From a virus (taxonomy: Duplodnaviria > Caudoviricetes): DNA of 53,112 nt. Within the stretch, counting starts at the first letter, position 1; each line of letters opens with the position of its first letter. Below are positions 1 to 10,320 of the stretch, one piece after another. Under the pieces are notes generated by a model that was not told the origin of the DNA, did no database searches, and saw only the letters and a list, made by a program, of their open reading frames with translations. A program made the translations under genes and the position numbers. The stretch is taken from IMG/VR virus record IMGVR_UViG_3300027859_000022, positions 1 to 53,112 of that record. One strand, 5' to 3'.

Positions 1-2
1 TG

Positions 3-956
3 GAGTCTGGTAAGGAATTTGCTTCAAAAGCAGATTTAGAAAAGATGGATGTTACAAATTTTATCAAAGATTATGGAGCTGAAGTTTATCAAACAGGTAT
101 TTTGCAGACTAAGGTTAAAACTTTGCAGAAAGCTTTGAAAAATACAAAGGATGCTGCCGAAAAAACAAAAATTAAAAATGATATTAAATCTTTACAAACA
201 GATATAAGAAAGTCTATTGATACTTTAGAAAAATCTATAGGCGATATGGATGTTAATTTCGGCTTACCTAAGTTTAGTGATGTAAATAAACCAGGCACAA
301 AAGAAGCTTTTAAAAAGTTTTTGAGAAAAGAATATTATGACCAATATAGACCAGGTTTGGCAAATATGGATGCAGATAGAATTATCAAAAAATCTGATCT
401 AGCTAAAGGCAGGGTACCATCTACTCTGAATTATTTAAGAGATAGTATGCCAGGCAGAGGCAAACAGTTTTTAAACGAAGGTGTGCCAGAAGATGCAATC
501 TTCAACAAAATTATTTCTGCAAGACCGATAACCAATAAACTTTACAGAAGTCCTTTTGATGAAGGTGGAGGTTCAAAAGGGTTTACCACTAATTATATCG
601 AACCTGTTGTAAGAAGAGACTTGGCTGAAGCTATTGACGAAGGGTACGACATTTTTAGAGTAACTTCTGGTAAATCTATGTCTAAGACTAAAGAAGTAGC
701 TCCAAAGGTTTATGATGAATTGATACCCAACGCACTCAAAAAAATATTTAAACAAGAAGGTCTAGATCCTAACGAATATATATTCCAAATAAGTGATGTT
801 GGACAAATCGCAACCGATACAGGAGATAGTCGTCAAATACATGCCCTTACAGGTACTTTTGTAAAAATTGATGACAAGCTCAGAGAAATATTTAGAAAAA
901 GTGGACTACCTACTTATAGAAAAGGTGGAATAGTAAATGCTATACAAAGTTTATGA
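3..956 (+). CDS. C-terminal part of a large putative virion-internal protein (5'-truncated by the window)
   Basis: Frame is open from base 3 through the ORF-track ATG at 45. Ends ...TYRKGGIV, a motif shared with other proteins here. Stop overlaps the terL start. Confidence 0.6.
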   Translation, partial: ESGKEFASKADLEKMDVTNFIKDYGAEVYQTGILQTKVKTLQKALKNTKDAAEKTKIKNDIKSLQTDIRKSIDTLEKSIGDMDVNFGLPKFSDVNKPGTKEAFKKFLRKEYYDQYRPGLANMDADRIIKKSDLAKGRVPSTLNYLRDSMPGRGKQFLNEGVPEDAIFNKIISARPITNKLYRSPFDEGGGSKGFTTNYIEPVVRRDLAEAIDEGYDIFRVTSGKSMSKTKEVAPKVYDELIPNALKKIFKQEGLDPNEYIFQISDVGQIATDTGDSRQIHALTGTFVKIDDKLREIFRKSGLPTYRKGGIVNAIQSL

Positions 957-2413
957 GTTTCAATCACTTATCAGATGCGGAGATAAAAGAAGCCTTAGCT
1001 TTACGAGAAAGATTAGACTTACTTAAAAAACAAGAAATCTGCAAAACCAATTTTTTAGAATTTATAGACCACATGTGGGATGGGTTTATTTGTGGTCGTC
1101 ATCATAAAATCTTTGCTGAAAAACTAGAAGGTATTGCTAATGGCACGATCAAAAGATTGATTGTCAATATGCCACCAAGACACACAAAGTCTGAATTTGC
1201 TTCCACATATTTTCCAGCTTGGATTATGGGAAGGGATCCGAGTAGAAAAATTATGCAAACTACGCATACAGGAGAACTTGCTGTTAGGTTCGGTAGAAAA
1301 GTTAGAAACATGATGGATAGCGATATTTATAAACAAATATTTCCTGAAGTAAGTTTATCGTCTGACAGTAAATCAGCAGGTCGTTGGGAAACTAATAAAA
1401 GTGGTGAGTATTTTGCAGCTGGTGTCGGAGGAGCAATTACGGGTCGTGGTGCGGATTTATTAATTATTGATGATCCTCATTCTGAACAAGATGCTATGAG
1501 TCCGACAGCCATGGAGTCTTGTTGGGAATGGTACACTTCTGGACCAAGACAAAGGTTACAACCAGGCGGATCTATTGTCCTAGTTATGACAAGATGGAGT
1601 GGTATAGATTTAACAGCTAAGTTATTAGAAGCTCAGAAAGAGGCTTTAGCAGATCAATGGGAGATTGTAGAGTTCCCAGCTATTTTTCCTGAAACCGAAA
1701 ATCCTTTATGGGAAGAGTTTTGGTCATTAGAAGAATTGTTAAAGGTAAAAGCATCTTTGCCTGTTATGAAATGGAATGCTCAATGGATGCAAACTCCAAC
1801 TTCCGAAGAGGGCTCGATAGTTAAACGTGAATGGTGGCAAAAATGGGAAAGCGATACTTTGCCTAATGTAAGCTACATAATTCAATCTTACGATACTGCT
1901 TTTTCTAAAAAAGAAAATGCTGACTACTCTGCTATTTCAACTTGGGGCGTGTTTAGACCTGATGAGGATTCACCAGATTCGATTATACTTTTAGATTGTC
2001 AAAAAGGCAGATACGATTTTCCTGAGCTTAAAAGATTAGCTATGGAAGAATATAAATATTGGGAGCCTGATATGGTGTTAATTGAAGCAAAAGCTTCGGG
2101 TACGCCTTTGACTCACGAACTTAGAAGATTGGGTATTCCTGTTGTTAATTACTCTCCTACAAGAGGACACGATAAAACCACTCGAATGCACTCTGTTGCA
2201 CCTATCTTTGAAAGTGGGTTAGTGTATGCTCCACAAAAAGCTTTTGCGGAAGAAATGATAGAAGAGTGTGCTTCTTTTCCTTTTGGTGCTAATGATGATT
2301 TATGCGATACTATGACTCAAGCCTTGATTAGATTTAGAGAAGGTGGGTTATTATCATTACATGATGATTACGAGGACAATGATCAGGCACCAATAGTTAG
2401 AAGTTATTATTGA
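953..2413 (+). CDS. terL: Terminase large subunit
   Basis: Walker A-like NMPPRHTKS, ITGRGADLLIIDDP Walker B, and RNase H-like nuclease motifs QSYDTA and NDDLCDT. Confidence 0.95.
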   Translation: MSFNHLSDAEIKEALALRERLDLLKKQEICKTNFLEFIDHMWDGFICGRHHKIFAEKLEGIANGTIKRLIVNMPPRHTKSEFASTYFPAWIMGRDPSRKIMQTTHTGELAVRFGRKVRNMMDSDIYKQIFPEVSLSSDSKSAGRWETNKSGEYFAAGVGGAITGRGADLLIIDDPHSEQDAMSPTAMESCWEWYTSGPRQRLQPGGSIVLVMTRWSGIDLTAKLLEAQKEALADQWEIVEFPAIFPETENPLWEEFWSLEELLKVKASLPVMKWNAQWMQTPTSEEGSIVKREWWQKWESDTLPNVSYIIQSYDTAFSKKENADYSAISTWGVFRPDEDSPDSIILLDCQKGRYDFPELKRLAMEEYKYWEPDMVLIEAKASGTPLTHELRRLGIPVVNYSPTRGHDKTTRMHSVAPIFESGLVYAPQKAFAEEMIEECASFPFGANDDLCDTMTQALIRFREGGLLSLHDDYEDNDQAPIVRSYY

Positions 2414-2583
2414 TGGATATATTTATTACGCAATATATAAGTGAAAATAGAATTGAAGATGGGCCATGTATTTATGCAGAATCTTTACAGTCTGCAACTG
2501 AACAAGCTAATTTTCTTAATTTAGAGATAATTGGTAGAATGAAGTATGATGGCGATATTGAAGATTTAAGAACGATACATTAA
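2413..2583 (+). CDS. Small hypothetical protein (56 aa)
   Basis: ATG overlaps the terL stop. The ORF MDIFITQY...LRTIH fills the gap to the portal gene. Confidence 0.6.
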   Translation: MDIFITQYISENRIEDGPCIYAESLQSATEQANFLNLEIIGRMKYDGDIEDLRTIH

Positions 2584-2585
2584 CT

Positions 2586-5063
2586 ATGGCTATAGAGAAC
2601 CAACCGATTGCTCCCGTCAGTTTAAATGAGGAGAAACCAAGATCAGATGAAGAACAGCAGTTAGTAGAAATAGCTGACGCAGTTGCTTTAGGTGAGGATA
2701 ACGAAGGCTTTACTATTTTAGAAGATGGTAGTGCAGTTCTTGGTCAAGAAGAAATGCCTATGGTTAATAATGATTTCAATACAAATCTTGCTGAACTTAT
2801 TGATCCAGACGAACTAAATAAAATATCTTCTCAGTTAACTGAAGGTATTGAAAAAGATAAATCTTCTAGAGAAGATTGGGAAAAAACCTATCAAGATGGT
2901 CTGAAGTATTTAGGGATGAAATTTGATAACGAAAGATCCGAACCCTTTGCAGGAGCATCTGGCGTTATTCATCCTTTACTAGGTGAAGCAGTAACTTCTT
3001 TTCAAGCTCAAGCTTACAAAGAATTATTACCTGCTAACGGACCAGTCAAGACTCAAGTAGTAGGAGAGTATAATTCTGTAGTTGAAGAACAAGCTCAACG
3101 AGTTAAAGAGTTTATGAACTATCAAATAACTCATGTGATGGAAGAGTATGACGCTGAGTTAGATCAATTATTGTTTTATTTACCTCTTGCAGGTTCTGCA
3201 TTTAAAAAAGTTTATTATGATGAAGTGATGGGTAGAGCTGTATCTAAATTTGTAGCTCCTGAAGATTTAATAGTCCCTTACTACACAACTGATTTAGAAA
3301 GTTGTCCTAGAATAACTAACATAATAAAAATGCCTGAGAATGAAGTTAGAAAACTTCAAGCACAAGGTTTTTATAGAAATGTAAATATAGATTATGGAGT
3401 ATCTGCCGAAGAATCTTCTCAGGTAAAAGAAGAAATAGAAGAACTCGCAGGTATGGAACAAAATTATGATACTTCTGAAGTAACAGTTTTATACGAAGTT
3501 CATTGTAATTTAGATTTAGAAGGCTTTGAAGATGCTAATAATCAAGGTCAATTAACAGGCGTAAAATTGCCTTATATAGTAACCATAGATTCAAACTCTC
3601 AACAAGTTTTATCAATTAGAAGAAACTTTTTAGAACAAGATCCTTATAAGAGTAAAATAGAATACTTTGTGCATTTTAAATTTTTACCAGGATTAGGGTT
3701 TTATGGATTTGGTTTAACCCACATGATAGGTGGGTTATCGAAAGCATCTACATCTATACTAAGGCAACTTATAGACGCAGGAACTCTTGCGAATCTACCT
3801 GCTGGATTCAAAACAAGAGGGATTAGAATACGAGATGAAGATTCTCCTATTCAGCCTGGAGAATTTAGGGATGTAGATGCACCTGGCGGTTCATTAGCAG
3901 ATGCAATACAACCACTACCGTTTAAAGAGCCAAGTCAAACTTTATTGTCTTTACTATCAGTTCTTGTAAATTCAGGAAAACAGTTTGCCTCTATTGCTGA
4001 AATAAATACAGGACAAGGTAATCCTCAAGCTCCAGTTGGAACAACTATGGCTTTATTAGAAAGGTCAACAAAAGTTTTATCTGCAATTCATAAAAGATTA
4101 CATTCTGCACAAAGAAAAGAATTTAAATTATTGGCAAAAGTATTTAAAGAATATCTTCCGCCTGAGTACCCTTATATGACTGCTAACGGAGGTGGTCAAT
4201 TAAAAATTACTGACTTTGATGATCGTGTGGACATAATTCCTATATCTAATCCCGACATATTTAGTTCAGCACAAAGAATAGCTATGGCTCAAGAAATGAT
4301 GAATTTAGTTCAATCAAATCCACAAATACATGGGCCTAATGGTATTTACGAATCTTACCGAAGGATGTATGCTGCTATAGGAGTTGATAACATAGATTCA
4401 TTATTACAACCACCTCCTCCTACAGATCCAATTCCTACTGAGGCAGGTGTAGAAAATAACACATTATTGCTTGGTGGAACTGCTAAAGCTTTTCCTGAAC
4501 AAAACCATGATGCACATATTGAGATACACAAATCTCTTTTAAAAACATCACCAGTTCAATCAAACTTACAAGTACAGGCAAATATTTTTTCTCATATTAT
4601 GGAACACTTACAAATGAAAGCTGATGGAATAGCCCAATCGCAAATGCCTCCTGAAGCTTTAACTCAGTATCAACAATTACAACAAGCTTCACAACAAACT
4701 TCAGGTCAAGAACAACAACAATTAGTACAACAAGCTGCACAAATACTAGGTCAATTTAGTGCTCCAATATTAGCTCAATTAGTTGCTGAATTTACTGAAA
4801 CCGTATCTTCGCCAGAAGATGAAGATCCTTTAGTAACAATTAGAAAGCAAGAGTTAGCTCTTAAAGGTCAAGAATTAGCACAAGAACAAAGACAATTTGC
4901 TGCAGATCAAGAAAGAAAAATTCAAGAAAGCCAAGCAAGAATAAGTGTTGATAAAGAAAGAATTGATGCTTCTGAAGATATAGCTAGGATGAAAGATGAT
5001 ACTGCTCAAGACAGATTAGAACAACAAAGGGTTTTTAAATCTATAGATTTACAAAATAAATAA
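2586..5063 (+). CDS. Portal protein
   Basis: 825 aa directly after terL. Motifs GSAFKKVYYD, PGLGFYGFGL and PGEFRDVD, with a Q-rich coiled-coil C-terminus typical of P22-like podoviral portals. Confidence 0.9.
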   Translation: MAIENQPIAPVSLNEEKPRSDEEQQLVEIADAVALGEDNEGFTILEDGSAVLGQEEMPMVNNDFNTNLAELIDPDELNKISSQLTEGIEKDKSSREDWEKTYQDGLKYLGMKFDNERSEPFAGASGVIHPLLGEAVTSFQAQAYKELLPANGPVKTQVVGEYNSVVEEQAQRVKEFMNYQITHVMEEYDAELDQLLFYLPLAGSAFKKVYYDEVMGRAVSKFVAPEDLIVPYYTTDLESCPRITNIIKMPENEVRKLQAQGFYRNVNIDYGVSAEESSQVKEEIEELAGMEQNYDTSEVTVLYEVHCNLDLEGFEDANNQGQLTGVKLPYIVTIDSNSQQVLSIRRNFLEQDPYKSKIEYFVHFKFLPGLGFYGFGLTHMIGGLSKASTSILRQLIDAGTLANLPAGFKTRGIRIRDEDSPIQPGEFRDVDAPGGSLADAIQPLPFKEPSQTLLSLLSVLVNSGKQFASIAEINTGQGNPQAPVGTTMALLERSTKVLSAIHKRLHSAQRKEFKLLAKVFKEYLPPEYPYMTANGGGQLKITDFDDRVDIIPISNPDIFSSAQRIAMAQEMMNLVQSNPQIHGPNGIYESYRRMYAAIGVDNIDSLLQPPPPTDPIPTEAGVENNTLLLGGTAKAFPEQNHDAHIEIHKSLLKTSPVQSNLQVQANIFSHIMEHLQMKADGIAQSQMPPEALTQYQQLQQASQQTSGQEQQQLVQQAAQILGQFSAPILAQLVAEFTETVSSPEDEDPLVTIRKQELALKGQELAQEQRQFAADQERKIQESQARISVDKERIDASEDIARMKDDTAQDRLEQQRVFKSIDLQNK

Positions 5064-5099
5064 TTTACTTTTTTACAATTTATACAATAGAATAGCAAA

Positions 5100-5258
5100 A
5101 TGAAAAGTTCAATTAAATATCAAGGCAAAGGAACTGTTAAGTTAAAACAACAAAAAAGTGTTTCAGCTAGTACAACTCCTACGCCAGGAATGGGTAAAGG
5201 TAAGGTCAAAGGAAGTGGTATTGCGGAAACGGGTACTAAATTCAATGGCGTTTATTAA
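5100..5258 (+). CDS. Small basic protein (52 aa)
   Basis: MKSSIKYQGKG...GKVKGSGIAETGTKFNGVY. Stop overlaps the next ATG. Confidence 0.7.
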   Translation: MKSSIKYQGKGTVKLKQQKSVSASTTPTPGMGKGKVKGSGIAETGTKFNGVY

Positions 5259-5467
5259 TGTCCATATTTGATTTAAGAGAAAAATATTTAAAATCTCTTA
5301 GAGAACGACAAGAGGATGTCAAAACCCAAATGTTAAATGGGGTAAAAGACATGTCTCAATATGAATTTTTGCGTGGGCGACACAGTTCTCTCGTTGACGC
5401 AGAAAGTATTTTTAGAGAACTGCTTGGAAAAGAGTATGAAGAGCCAGAACAAAGTGGTAGTCCCTGA
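5258..5467 (+). CDS. Hypothetical protein
   Basis: ORF track. Coupled to its neighbours, between portal and GroES. Confidence 0.7.
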   Translation: MSIFDLREKYLKSLRERQEDVKTQMLNGVKDMSQYEFLRGRHSSLVDAESIFRELLGKEYEEPEQSGSP

Positions 5468-5927
5468 CCACATAGCCAAAGAAATAGAAGAATCTCAACA
5501 AGAAGTACAGCCTGAAGAAACAGAAGCTGACCAAGCTTACATTGAAGAGAGCAAAAGAGTTTTAGATCCAACTTTATTAGAAACATCTTTATTAGAAAGA
5601 ATGCCACAACCTTCGGGTTATAGGATTCTTGTCTTACCTTACAAAGGTAAAGGTGTGTCTGATGGAGGTATATTATTAACACAACAGCATGTAGAAAGAG
5701 AGTCTTTGGCTTCTGTATGTGCTTATGTAGTTAAGATGGGGCCTCTTTGCTATAAAGATAAATCTAAATTTGGAGGTACCTCTTGGTGCCATGAAAAACA
5801 ATGGGTATTGATAGGTAGATACGCTGGTTGTCGTTTTAAGTTAGGTGATGAAGCCGAATGCAGACTTATAAATGATGATGAAGTTTTAGCTACTATTAAA
5901 GATCCTGATGATATAGTTGCTGTATAG
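5436..5927 (+). CDS. GroES/Cpn10-like co-chaperonin
   Basis: PQPSGYRILVLP, SDGGILL, VVKMGP, GRYAG and RLINDDEVLA follow the Cpn10 pattern. Likely start is ATG 5436. Confidence 0.85.
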   Translation: MKSQNKVVVPDHIAKEIEESQQEVQPEETEADQAYIEESKRVLDPTLLETSLLERMPQPSGYRILVLPYKGKGVSDGGILLTQQHVERESLASVCAYVVKMGPLCYKDKSKFGGTSWCHEKQWVLIGRYAGCRFKLGDEAECRLINDDEVLATIKDPDDIVAV

Positions 5928-5936
5928 GAGGTTTAT

Positions 5937-6827
5937 ATGTCTGAGTTAATACAAGAAGAAAACTTGCAAGAATCTACGGATAATGTGGATGAAATTGAAG
6001 TTATAGAGGAAGAACAAACTGAAATTCAAAACGAAGAGTCTGTCGAAAATGAACAGCCTGAAGAGGTAAAAGCAGAAACAGATGATGAGCTTGAAAATTA
6101 TTCAGATAATGTTCAGAAAAGAATAAACAATCTTACAAGAAAGCTTAGAGAAGCCGAAAGAGGTAGAGATTCTGCACTTAATTATGCTAACAGCATGAAA
6201 TCAGAATACGATAGCCTTAGAGGTAAAAGCGAAAAGATAAATCAAGATTACTATGCAGAAGCAGAGACAAGACTTCAAAGTCAAAAGGCACAAGCTACAA
6301 GAGTTTTAGCTGAAGCTCAAGAGGCTCAAGATTTTGAAAAAGCTGCAAAAGCAACAAGCGTTTTATCTACTATTGCAGTTGAAGAAAATAGAATCAGGAC
6401 AGCTAGGGAAAAACCTACTAATGAAACTATAATTCCACAACCAAACTTACAACAAGAACAATTACCTCAGCCTGATGTAAAAGCAGAAGCTTGGGCTGAT
6501 AAGAATAATTGGTTTGGCGAAGATAGAATTAGGACTCTTGCTGCATTTACAATACACGATGATTTAGTTCAAGAAGGTTTTGACGGTCAGACTGATGAGT
6601 ATTACAATGAATTAGATAAAAGATTGAGAACTAAGTTCCCAAATGATTTTGGTGTAGAAACTGAGATTGCTCAAACACCACAAGCTACTCAAAGAGTGGC
6701 TTCTGCTGCTAGAGCAGATTCTCAAGGTTCTAACAAAAAGCAGGTTAGACTTTCTCCTTCAGAGGTAGAAATGGCTAAAAAACTAAACGTACCTCTTAAA
6801 GAGTACGCAAAATTTGTTAAAAGGTAA
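5937..6827 (+). CDS. Putative capsid scaffolding protein
   Basis: Acidic coiled coil upstream of the capsid genes. C-terminal EMAKKLNVPLKEYAKFVK helix. RBS GGAGG. Confidence 0.7.
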   Translation: MSELIQEENLQESTDNVDEIEVIEEEQTEIQNEESVENEQPEEVKAETDDELENYSDNVQKRINNLTRKLREAERGRDSALNYANSMKSEYDSLRGKSEKINQDYYAEAETRLQSQKAQATRVLAEAQEAQDFEKAAKATSVLSTIAVEENRIRTAREKPTNETIIPQPNLQQEQLPQPDVKAEAWADKNNWFGEDRIRTLAAFTIHDDLVQEGFDGQTDEYYNELDKRLRTKFPNDFGVETEIAQTPQATQRVASAARADSQGSNKKQVRLSPSEVEMAKKLNVPLKEYAKFVKR

Positions 6828-6831
6828 AAAC

Positions 6832-7314
6832 ATGACAAAGAAAACAACAGATAACCAACAAGAATTTAACAGAGCTCCACGTTCTGCGGACACACGAGAG
6901 TCCCTTGAATCTCGCAAACCTTGGCAACGCCCATCAACTCTAGAAACTCCAGAACCTCCTGAAGGTTATGAATACAGATGGATTCGTGCTGAAATCGCTA
7001 ACCAACCCGACAAGAAAAATGTTATGTCTCGATTAAGAGAAGGCTTTGAACTTGTAAGGGCTGAGGAAATTCAAAATTTTGAACTACCAACGATTCAGGA
7101 TGGAAAACATGCAGGAGTTATTAGTGTAGGTGGACTTTTATTAGCTAAGATTCCTTTAGAAACTCGACAAGAAAGAAATAATTATTTCACAGATAGGTCG
7201 CAAACTATGCAACAAGCAATAGATAATGATTTAATGAAGGAATCTGATGATCGTTCTCCAATAGAGAGGCCAAGAAGATCATCTAGCGTTACTTTTGGTG
7301 GCGGTAAAAGATAA
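6832..7314 (+). CDS. Conserved head-module protein
   Basis: PPEGYEYRWIR and GGLLLAKIP. Lies between scaffold and capsid genes. Confidence 0.65.
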   Translation: MTKKTTDNQQEFNRAPRSADTRESLESRKPWQRPSTLETPEPPEGYEYRWIRAEIANQPDKKNVMSRLREGFELVRAEEIQNFELPTIQDGKHAGVISVGGLLLAKIPLETRQERNNYFTDRSQTMQQAIDNDLMKESDDRSPIERPRRSSSVTFGGGKR

Positions 7315-7363
7315 ATGGGAGTATCGCTGTTTACTAAACTTTCATAATTAAAAGGTATTTATT

Positions 7364-7933
7364 ATGGCAAATAAAGATGCACCTTTCGGTTTTAAGCTAG
7401 TAGGCAGATTAGGTTCAAGTGTCCAAAATAATGGAACTACAGAATACGAAATAGCCTCTGGTGCAACTGGAAGTATATTCTCAGGCGACCCTGTAAGAAT
7501 GACTGCTGCTGGTTCAATACTCGTATGTGATGCTGCGGGTGAGCAACCAATATTGGGAATTTTTAGGGGTTGTAAATTTGTTGATACTGACGGACAAGTT
7601 GTGTTTAAAGCACACTATCCATCAGGACAAACATCTACAAGTACAATTACTGCTTTAGTTGAAGATGACCCAAACAATCTTTACGAAGTACAATGTACTG
7701 GTTCTCTTGCGTTAGCTGCGGTTGGTGCTAACGTAGATCTAGCTTATACAGCTGGTTCTACTGTTACTGGCCAATCAAAAGCTGAAGTAGATTCAGGAGC
7801 AACTTCTGCTGCTGAAAACTTCAGAATTGTTGGGTTCTCAAAAGACCCTGACAATGACGAAAGAGGTTCTGCTAACGTGAATGTGGTCGTTAAAATTAAC
7901 GAACACTTCTACTCAACTACTACAGGGGTATAA
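7364..7933 (+). CDS. Putative capsid decoration/minor capsid protein
   Basis: MANKDAPFG, IFSGDPV and DDPNNLYEVQ. Immediately upstream of the major capsid gene. Confidence 0.65.
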   Translation: MANKDAPFGFKLVGRLGSSVQNNGTTEYEIASGATGSIFSGDPVRMTAAGSILVCDAAGEQPILGIFRGCKFVDTDGQVVFKAHYPSGQTSTSTITALVEDDPNNLYEVQCTGSLALAAVGANVDLAYTAGSTVTGQSKAEVDSGATSAAENFRIVGFSKDPDNDERGSANVNVVVKINEHFYSTTTGV

Positions 7934-7935
7934 CC

Positions 7936-8841
7936 ATGGCAATTAATAGAGCACAATTAGCTAAAGAGTTAGAGCCAGGTCTAAACGCACTTTTTGGTAT
8001 GGAGTACAACCGATACGACAACGAACATTCTGAAATCTTTGAAGAAAATAGTTCTGATAGAGCTTTTGAAGAAGAAGTAATGATTGTTGGTTTTGGTAAT
8101 GCCCCAACTAAAGCAGAAGGTGCTGGCGTAGCTTTTGATAATGCAACTGAAGGATTTACAGCTCGTTATGAACACGAAACTGTAGCTCTTGCTTTCGCAT
8201 TAACTGAAGAAGCAGTTGAAGATAATTTGTATGACCGTTTAGGTTCGAGATATACCAAAGCATTAGCTAGAAGTATGGCTCATACTAAACAAATTAAAGC
8301 TGCAAATATTCTGAACAACGCATTTAGCACTAGCTTTCCTGGTGGAGATGGTAAGCCGTTAATCGCTACTGACCACCCGTTAAGCACTGGTACTGCTGCT
8401 AACAGAGCAACAACTTTTGCTGACCTTAACGAAACATCTTTAGAAGATGCTTTGATAAGGGTTTCAACTCAAACTGATGATCGTGGTTTGAACATAGCTT
8501 TACAAGGAACTAAATTGATTATTCCACCACAATTACAATTCGTGGCGGATCGTCTTTTAAATACTCCTGGTAGAGTTGCTACTTCAGACAACGACATTAA
8601 CTCAATCAGAAACCAAGGAATGCTTCCTCAAGGATATGTGGTAAACCACTACCTTGTAGATCCAGATGCATTCTTCTTGAAAACAGATGTTCCTGACGGG
8701 TTTAAAATGTTTGTTAGAAGTCCTTTACAAACTGCATTAGAAGGTGATTTTGATACTGGAAACATGAGATATAAAGCCAGAGAGAGATATTCATTTGGAT
8801 TCTCTAACTGGAGATGTGTTGACGGTTCTCAAGGAGCTTAA
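7936..8841 (+). CDS. Major capsid protein
   Basis: MAINRAQLAKELEPGLNALFG...GDFDTGNMRYKARERYSFG, an HK97-fold Mu gpT-like type. Followed by a terminator. Confidence 0.9.
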   Translation: MAINRAQLAKELEPGLNALFGMEYNRYDNEHSEIFEENSSDRAFEEEVMIVGFGNAPTKAEGAGVAFDNATEGFTARYEHETVALAFALTEEAVEDNLYDRLGSRYTKALARSMAHTKQIKAANILNNAFSTSFPGGDGKPLIATDHPLSTGTAANRATTFADLNETSLEDALIRVSTQTDDRGLNIALQGTKLIIPPQLQFVADRLLNTPGRVATSDNDINSIRNQGMLPQGYVVNHYLVDPDAFFLKTDVPDGFKMFVRSPLQTALEGDFDTGNMRYKARERYSFGFSNWRCVDGSQGA

Positions 8842-8851
8842 TAACGAATAA

Positions 8852-8882
8852 AGAAGGGAGGGCTTAGGCTCTCCCTTTTTTT
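8852..8882 (+). terminator. Rho-independent terminator after the capsid gene
   Basis: AAGGGAGGGC-TTAG-GCTCTCCCTT followed by a T tract. Confidence 0.85.
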
Positions 8883-8885
8883 AAA

Positions 8886-9302
8886 ATGTGGTTACACGAA
8901 CCAAATAATTTATCTGAAACCCCTTGTGTGGGTAGATGTACCACCTCTGTAATACCATTTGACGATGTATGCAAAGGTTGTGGGAGAACTGTCGCAGAAA
9001 TTAGAGATTGGGGCAGTTATACTGAATTAGAAAAAAAATTAATTAATATTAGAAACTCAAGAAAATACGAAATTAGACAAGTGAAACAATTTAAAATTAT
9101 GACCGACAAAGAAAAAAGCGAAGATATAAGAGGAAGATTAGTTACGACAAGATGTTTAATAGAAATGATTGGCGAAGATTTAATAAAAACTTATGGTAAA
9201 AATAATTTAACAAAAGAAGCTTACGAAAAATTATATGAAGCACATAAGTCAGTTTTAGAAGCTACAGAAAAATTACCTATTGAACATGACAAAGCCGTGT
9301 AA
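8886..9302 (+). CDS. DUF1289-like cysteine-rich protein
   Basis: TPCVGRC...VCKGCGRTVAEIRDW matches the DUF1289 pattern. Has an extra C-terminal helical part. Confidence 0.7.
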   Translation: MWLHEPNNLSETPCVGRCTTSVIPFDDVCKGCGRTVAEIRDWGSYTELEKKLINIRNSRKYEIRQVKQFKIMTDKEKSEDIRGRLVTTRCLIEMIGEDLIKTYGKNNLTKEAYEKLYEAHKSVLEATEKLPIEHDKAV

Positions 9303-9308
9303 TAAAAT
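9280..9308 (+). promoter_or_regulatory. Sigma70-type promoter
   Basis: TTGAAC-N17-TAAAAT upstream of a structured leader and gene 9396. Confidence 0.5.
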
Positions 9309-9395
9309 TAATTCATCTAGGATTAATTAACTGTTTTATAGACTGACCTAGCAGACAAGCCAAGACTATAAGACTTATTTCCCAAGGAGGAAATT

Positions 9396-9902
9396 ATGGC
9401 AAAATCAACATTCTCAGGGCCAGTTAAATCTATCTCTGGTTTTATAACTGCTGGTAGTACATCAGTAGTAAGCTTAACTGCTGATACATCTCTAACAGTT
9501 GATGCACATGCAGGTAAAATTTTAACTTGTAATGATGCAGACGGTAAATTTACTTTACCAAGTATTGTTACTACAAGTCCTTCAGATCCAACAGATCCAA
9601 ACCAAGCTAATAATTTAGGAGCTTCTTTCTTCTTTTTTGTTGAAACTGCTGCTACTGATTTAGATATTAAAACAGACGGTACTGACAAATTTGTTGGAGG
9701 TTTATACATAGGTGTAAACAACAGCACAGGTAAAACTTTTATTTCAGGAGCATCTAATGATGTAATTACCCTGAATGGTTCAACCAAAGGTGGTATTGCT
9801 GGAAGTATTATTAAAGTTACAGCAGTTGCTTCTGCTAAGTATGCCGTTGAAGGTATTGTCTTAGGATCAGGAACTCTAGTAACTATGTTTGCTGACGCAT
9901 AA
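9396..9902 (+). CDS. Putative virion protein
   Basis: MAKSTFSGPV. G/S/T-rich beta-type sequence with strong RBS AAGGAGG. Confidence 0.65.
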   Translation: MAKSTFSGPVKSISGFITAGSTSVVSLTADTSLTVDAHAGKILTCNDADGKFTLPSIVTTSPSDPTDPNQANNLGASFFFFVETAATDLDIKTDGTDKFVGGLYIGVNNSTGKTFISGASNDVITLNGSTKGGIAGSIIKVTAVASAKYAVEGIVLGSGTLVTMFADA

Positions 9903-9912
9903 GGAGTAAATT

Positions 9913-10320
9913 ATGGCTGATACAGTAACATCACAAACCATCCAAGATGGTGAAAGAGTTGCTATTATGAAATTCACTAATGTTTCAGATGGAACTGGTG
10001 AATCTGCTGTAAAAAAAGTAGATGTCTCTGCTTTGGCTAGTAGTAGTCAAGGCAAGACATGTACTTCAGTTAAAGTAGCTAAAATATGGTGGGCTTGTAG
10101 AGGTATGGGTGTCAATATTGAATTTGATGCTTCTACTAATGTTTTAATAACAGGCTTACCTTCTGACTCTACTGGTGATGAATATTACTCTGACGTTTTT
10201 ACTGGTATTCCAAACAATGCGGGATCTGGTAAAACTGGTGATATTGATTTCACTACAGTAGGACATAGTTCAGGAGATACTTATTCTATTATTTTAGAAT
10301 TAGTAAAAGACTACGAATAA
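9913..10320 (+). CDS. Putative virion protein
   Basis: MADTVTSQTI...GKTGDIDFTT...GDTYSIILE. RBS AAGGAG. Confidence 0.65.
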   Translation: MADTVTSQTIQDGERVAIMKFTNVSDGTGESAVKKVDVSALASSSQGKTCTSVKVAKIWWACRGMGVNIEFDASTNVLITGLPSDSTGDEYYSDVFTGIPNNAGSGKTGDIDFTTVGHSSGDTYSIILELVKDYE

